From assembly GCA_045133675.1 (NCBI GenBank), contig JBGUUS010000084.1:1-39513 (forward strand): a stretch of DNA of 39,513 bases, given 5' to 3'. The notes beneath the pieces are model-generated. The model made no database searches, was not told where the DNA came from, and saw only the letters and a program-made list of their open reading frames with translations. Below are positions 38,625 to 39,513 of the stretch, one piece after another. How positions within the stretch are numbered: the first letter of the stretch is position 1; each line of letters opens with the position of its first letter. The translations under genes and the position numbers were made by a program. Origin of the DNA: Oscillospiraceae bacterium. Lineage in GTDB: Bacteria; Bacillota; Clostridia; Oscillospirales; Ruminococcaceae.

Positions 38625-39053
38625 ATGAAAAAGATTTTCAAAAAAACTCTCTGTGTTGCTTTTGCGCTGTGCTTGTTTTTGAATGCGAGTGCAATGCTCG
38701 GACAAAAAGCGTATGCTTTGACCATTTATGAGAATGCTACGAATTCATATGCTTCCAAAGCGTATGGTAACTATATATTTAGTGGAAGTGTCAGCATGGC
38801 AGGAAAAGCTGCTAACGCAACCAGCACTTACGGAACTATGGCGGGGCTTTCTGTCGGTATTCGATTTTATTATTTCAGCAATTCTGGTTTGACTAAGGTT
38901 ACCAGTGAAACATTCTTTAATTCCAATGCTTCTACAACAGTGTCTGTTTATACCGGAAATTGCGGTTACGGAGGAAGAACAGCATATGCTGCACATGAAG
39001 CAAGCAACGGTACAACACCGGCTCATATCGAGACAGTAGATTCCCAACCGTAA
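38625..39053 (+). CDS. Small secreted protein, Ser/Thr/Gly/Asn/Tyr-rich, function unknown
   Basis: RBS AAGGAG, Sec signal peptide ending AYA; AT-rich codon usage. Confidence 0.75.
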   Translation: MKKIFKKTLCVAFALCLFLNASAMLGQKAYALTIYENATNSYASKAYGNYIFSGSVSMAGKAANATSTYGTMAGLSVGIRFYYFSNSGLTKVTSETFFNSNASTTVSVYTGNCGYGGRTAYAAHEASNGTTPAHIETVDSQP

Positions 39054-39073
39054 GAATGAAACTGACCGTAAGT

Positions 39074-39513
39074 ATGAAACTGAAACTAATTGCGCTTTTG
39101 TTTGTATGCGTGTTGCTTCTGACTTCTTGTCAGACTGATTATTCGGCGCTGCCCGAAACATATCAGGCGTACGTTGACAGTGCATATTCATTCAGCAGCA
39201 ATTCAACTCTTGCACCTTTTGTTACTCCCGCAGAAAATGGTTACTACACGATGATCGGTCGCTACATTTATTATGTGGATAAAGAGACGCTGCAGGCAGT
39301 TCCTCTTTGTAACAAACCGGAGTGTGCACATTCGCAGGAGACGAGCGATGAGCGTATTTTTTCGTGCAATGCGTTTGTGTTTACGGAACGTTCGCCTTTT
39401 TTGCAGTATTATGACGGAAAACTGTATACGATCGGACAGTGCAGTGATGAAAACGGACGGTCGTTTCACGCATTGATTCGGATTTCACCCGATGGGATCA
39501 ATCGCGAGTATCT
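39074..39513 (+). CDS. Lipoprotein, probably beta-propeller (3' truncated; not in the ORF track)
   Basis: My translation: MKLKLIALLFVCVLLLTSC (lipobox) ...ENGYY...PLCNKPECAH...CNAF...YDGKLY..., open to the window end. Confidence 0.75.
   Translation, partial: MKLKLIALLFVCVLLLTSCQTDYSALPETYQAYVDSAYSFSSNSTLAPFVTPAENGYYTMIGRYIYYVDKETLQAVPLCNKPECAHSQETSDERIFSCNAFVFTERSPFLQYYDGKLYTIGQCSDENGRSFHALIRISPDGINREY

Overview
Chromosomal window from a spore-forming Clostridia bacterium, probably Oscillospiraceae/Ruminococcaceae-like (inferred from gene content and order). It is mostly housekeeping: a two-component system with an HtrA protease, rpe, a divergent rnfD-E-A trio, phosphoglucomutase, cysK, rpmE, dGTPase-dnaG-rpoD, tcdA, 6S RNA, RqcH/NFACT, T-box-valS, folC, spoIIAA-spoIIAB-sigF and PerR/Fur-rubrerythrin. 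No transposase, integrase, phage gene or CRISPR array is visible. The outstanding feature is a ~1 kb stretch without a normal-sized gene (22068-23093) that has its own strong sigma-A promoter and terminator. It contains a highly base-paired, pseudoknot-like 5' domain and two diverged ~300-nt tandem units with conserved pairings. It also carries about ten Shine-Dalgarno + AUG micro-ORFs (MK*, MY*, MYS*, and two peptides ending STE-x-x-x-P-stop) and is bracketed by a boxA-like direct repeat. It looks like a large structured, ribosome-engaging RNA that I cannot assign to a known family. A second oddity is the rnfDEA module, which appears to have lost its FMN and Fe-S ligands. All protein calls come from motif recognition by eye; no database searches were run.
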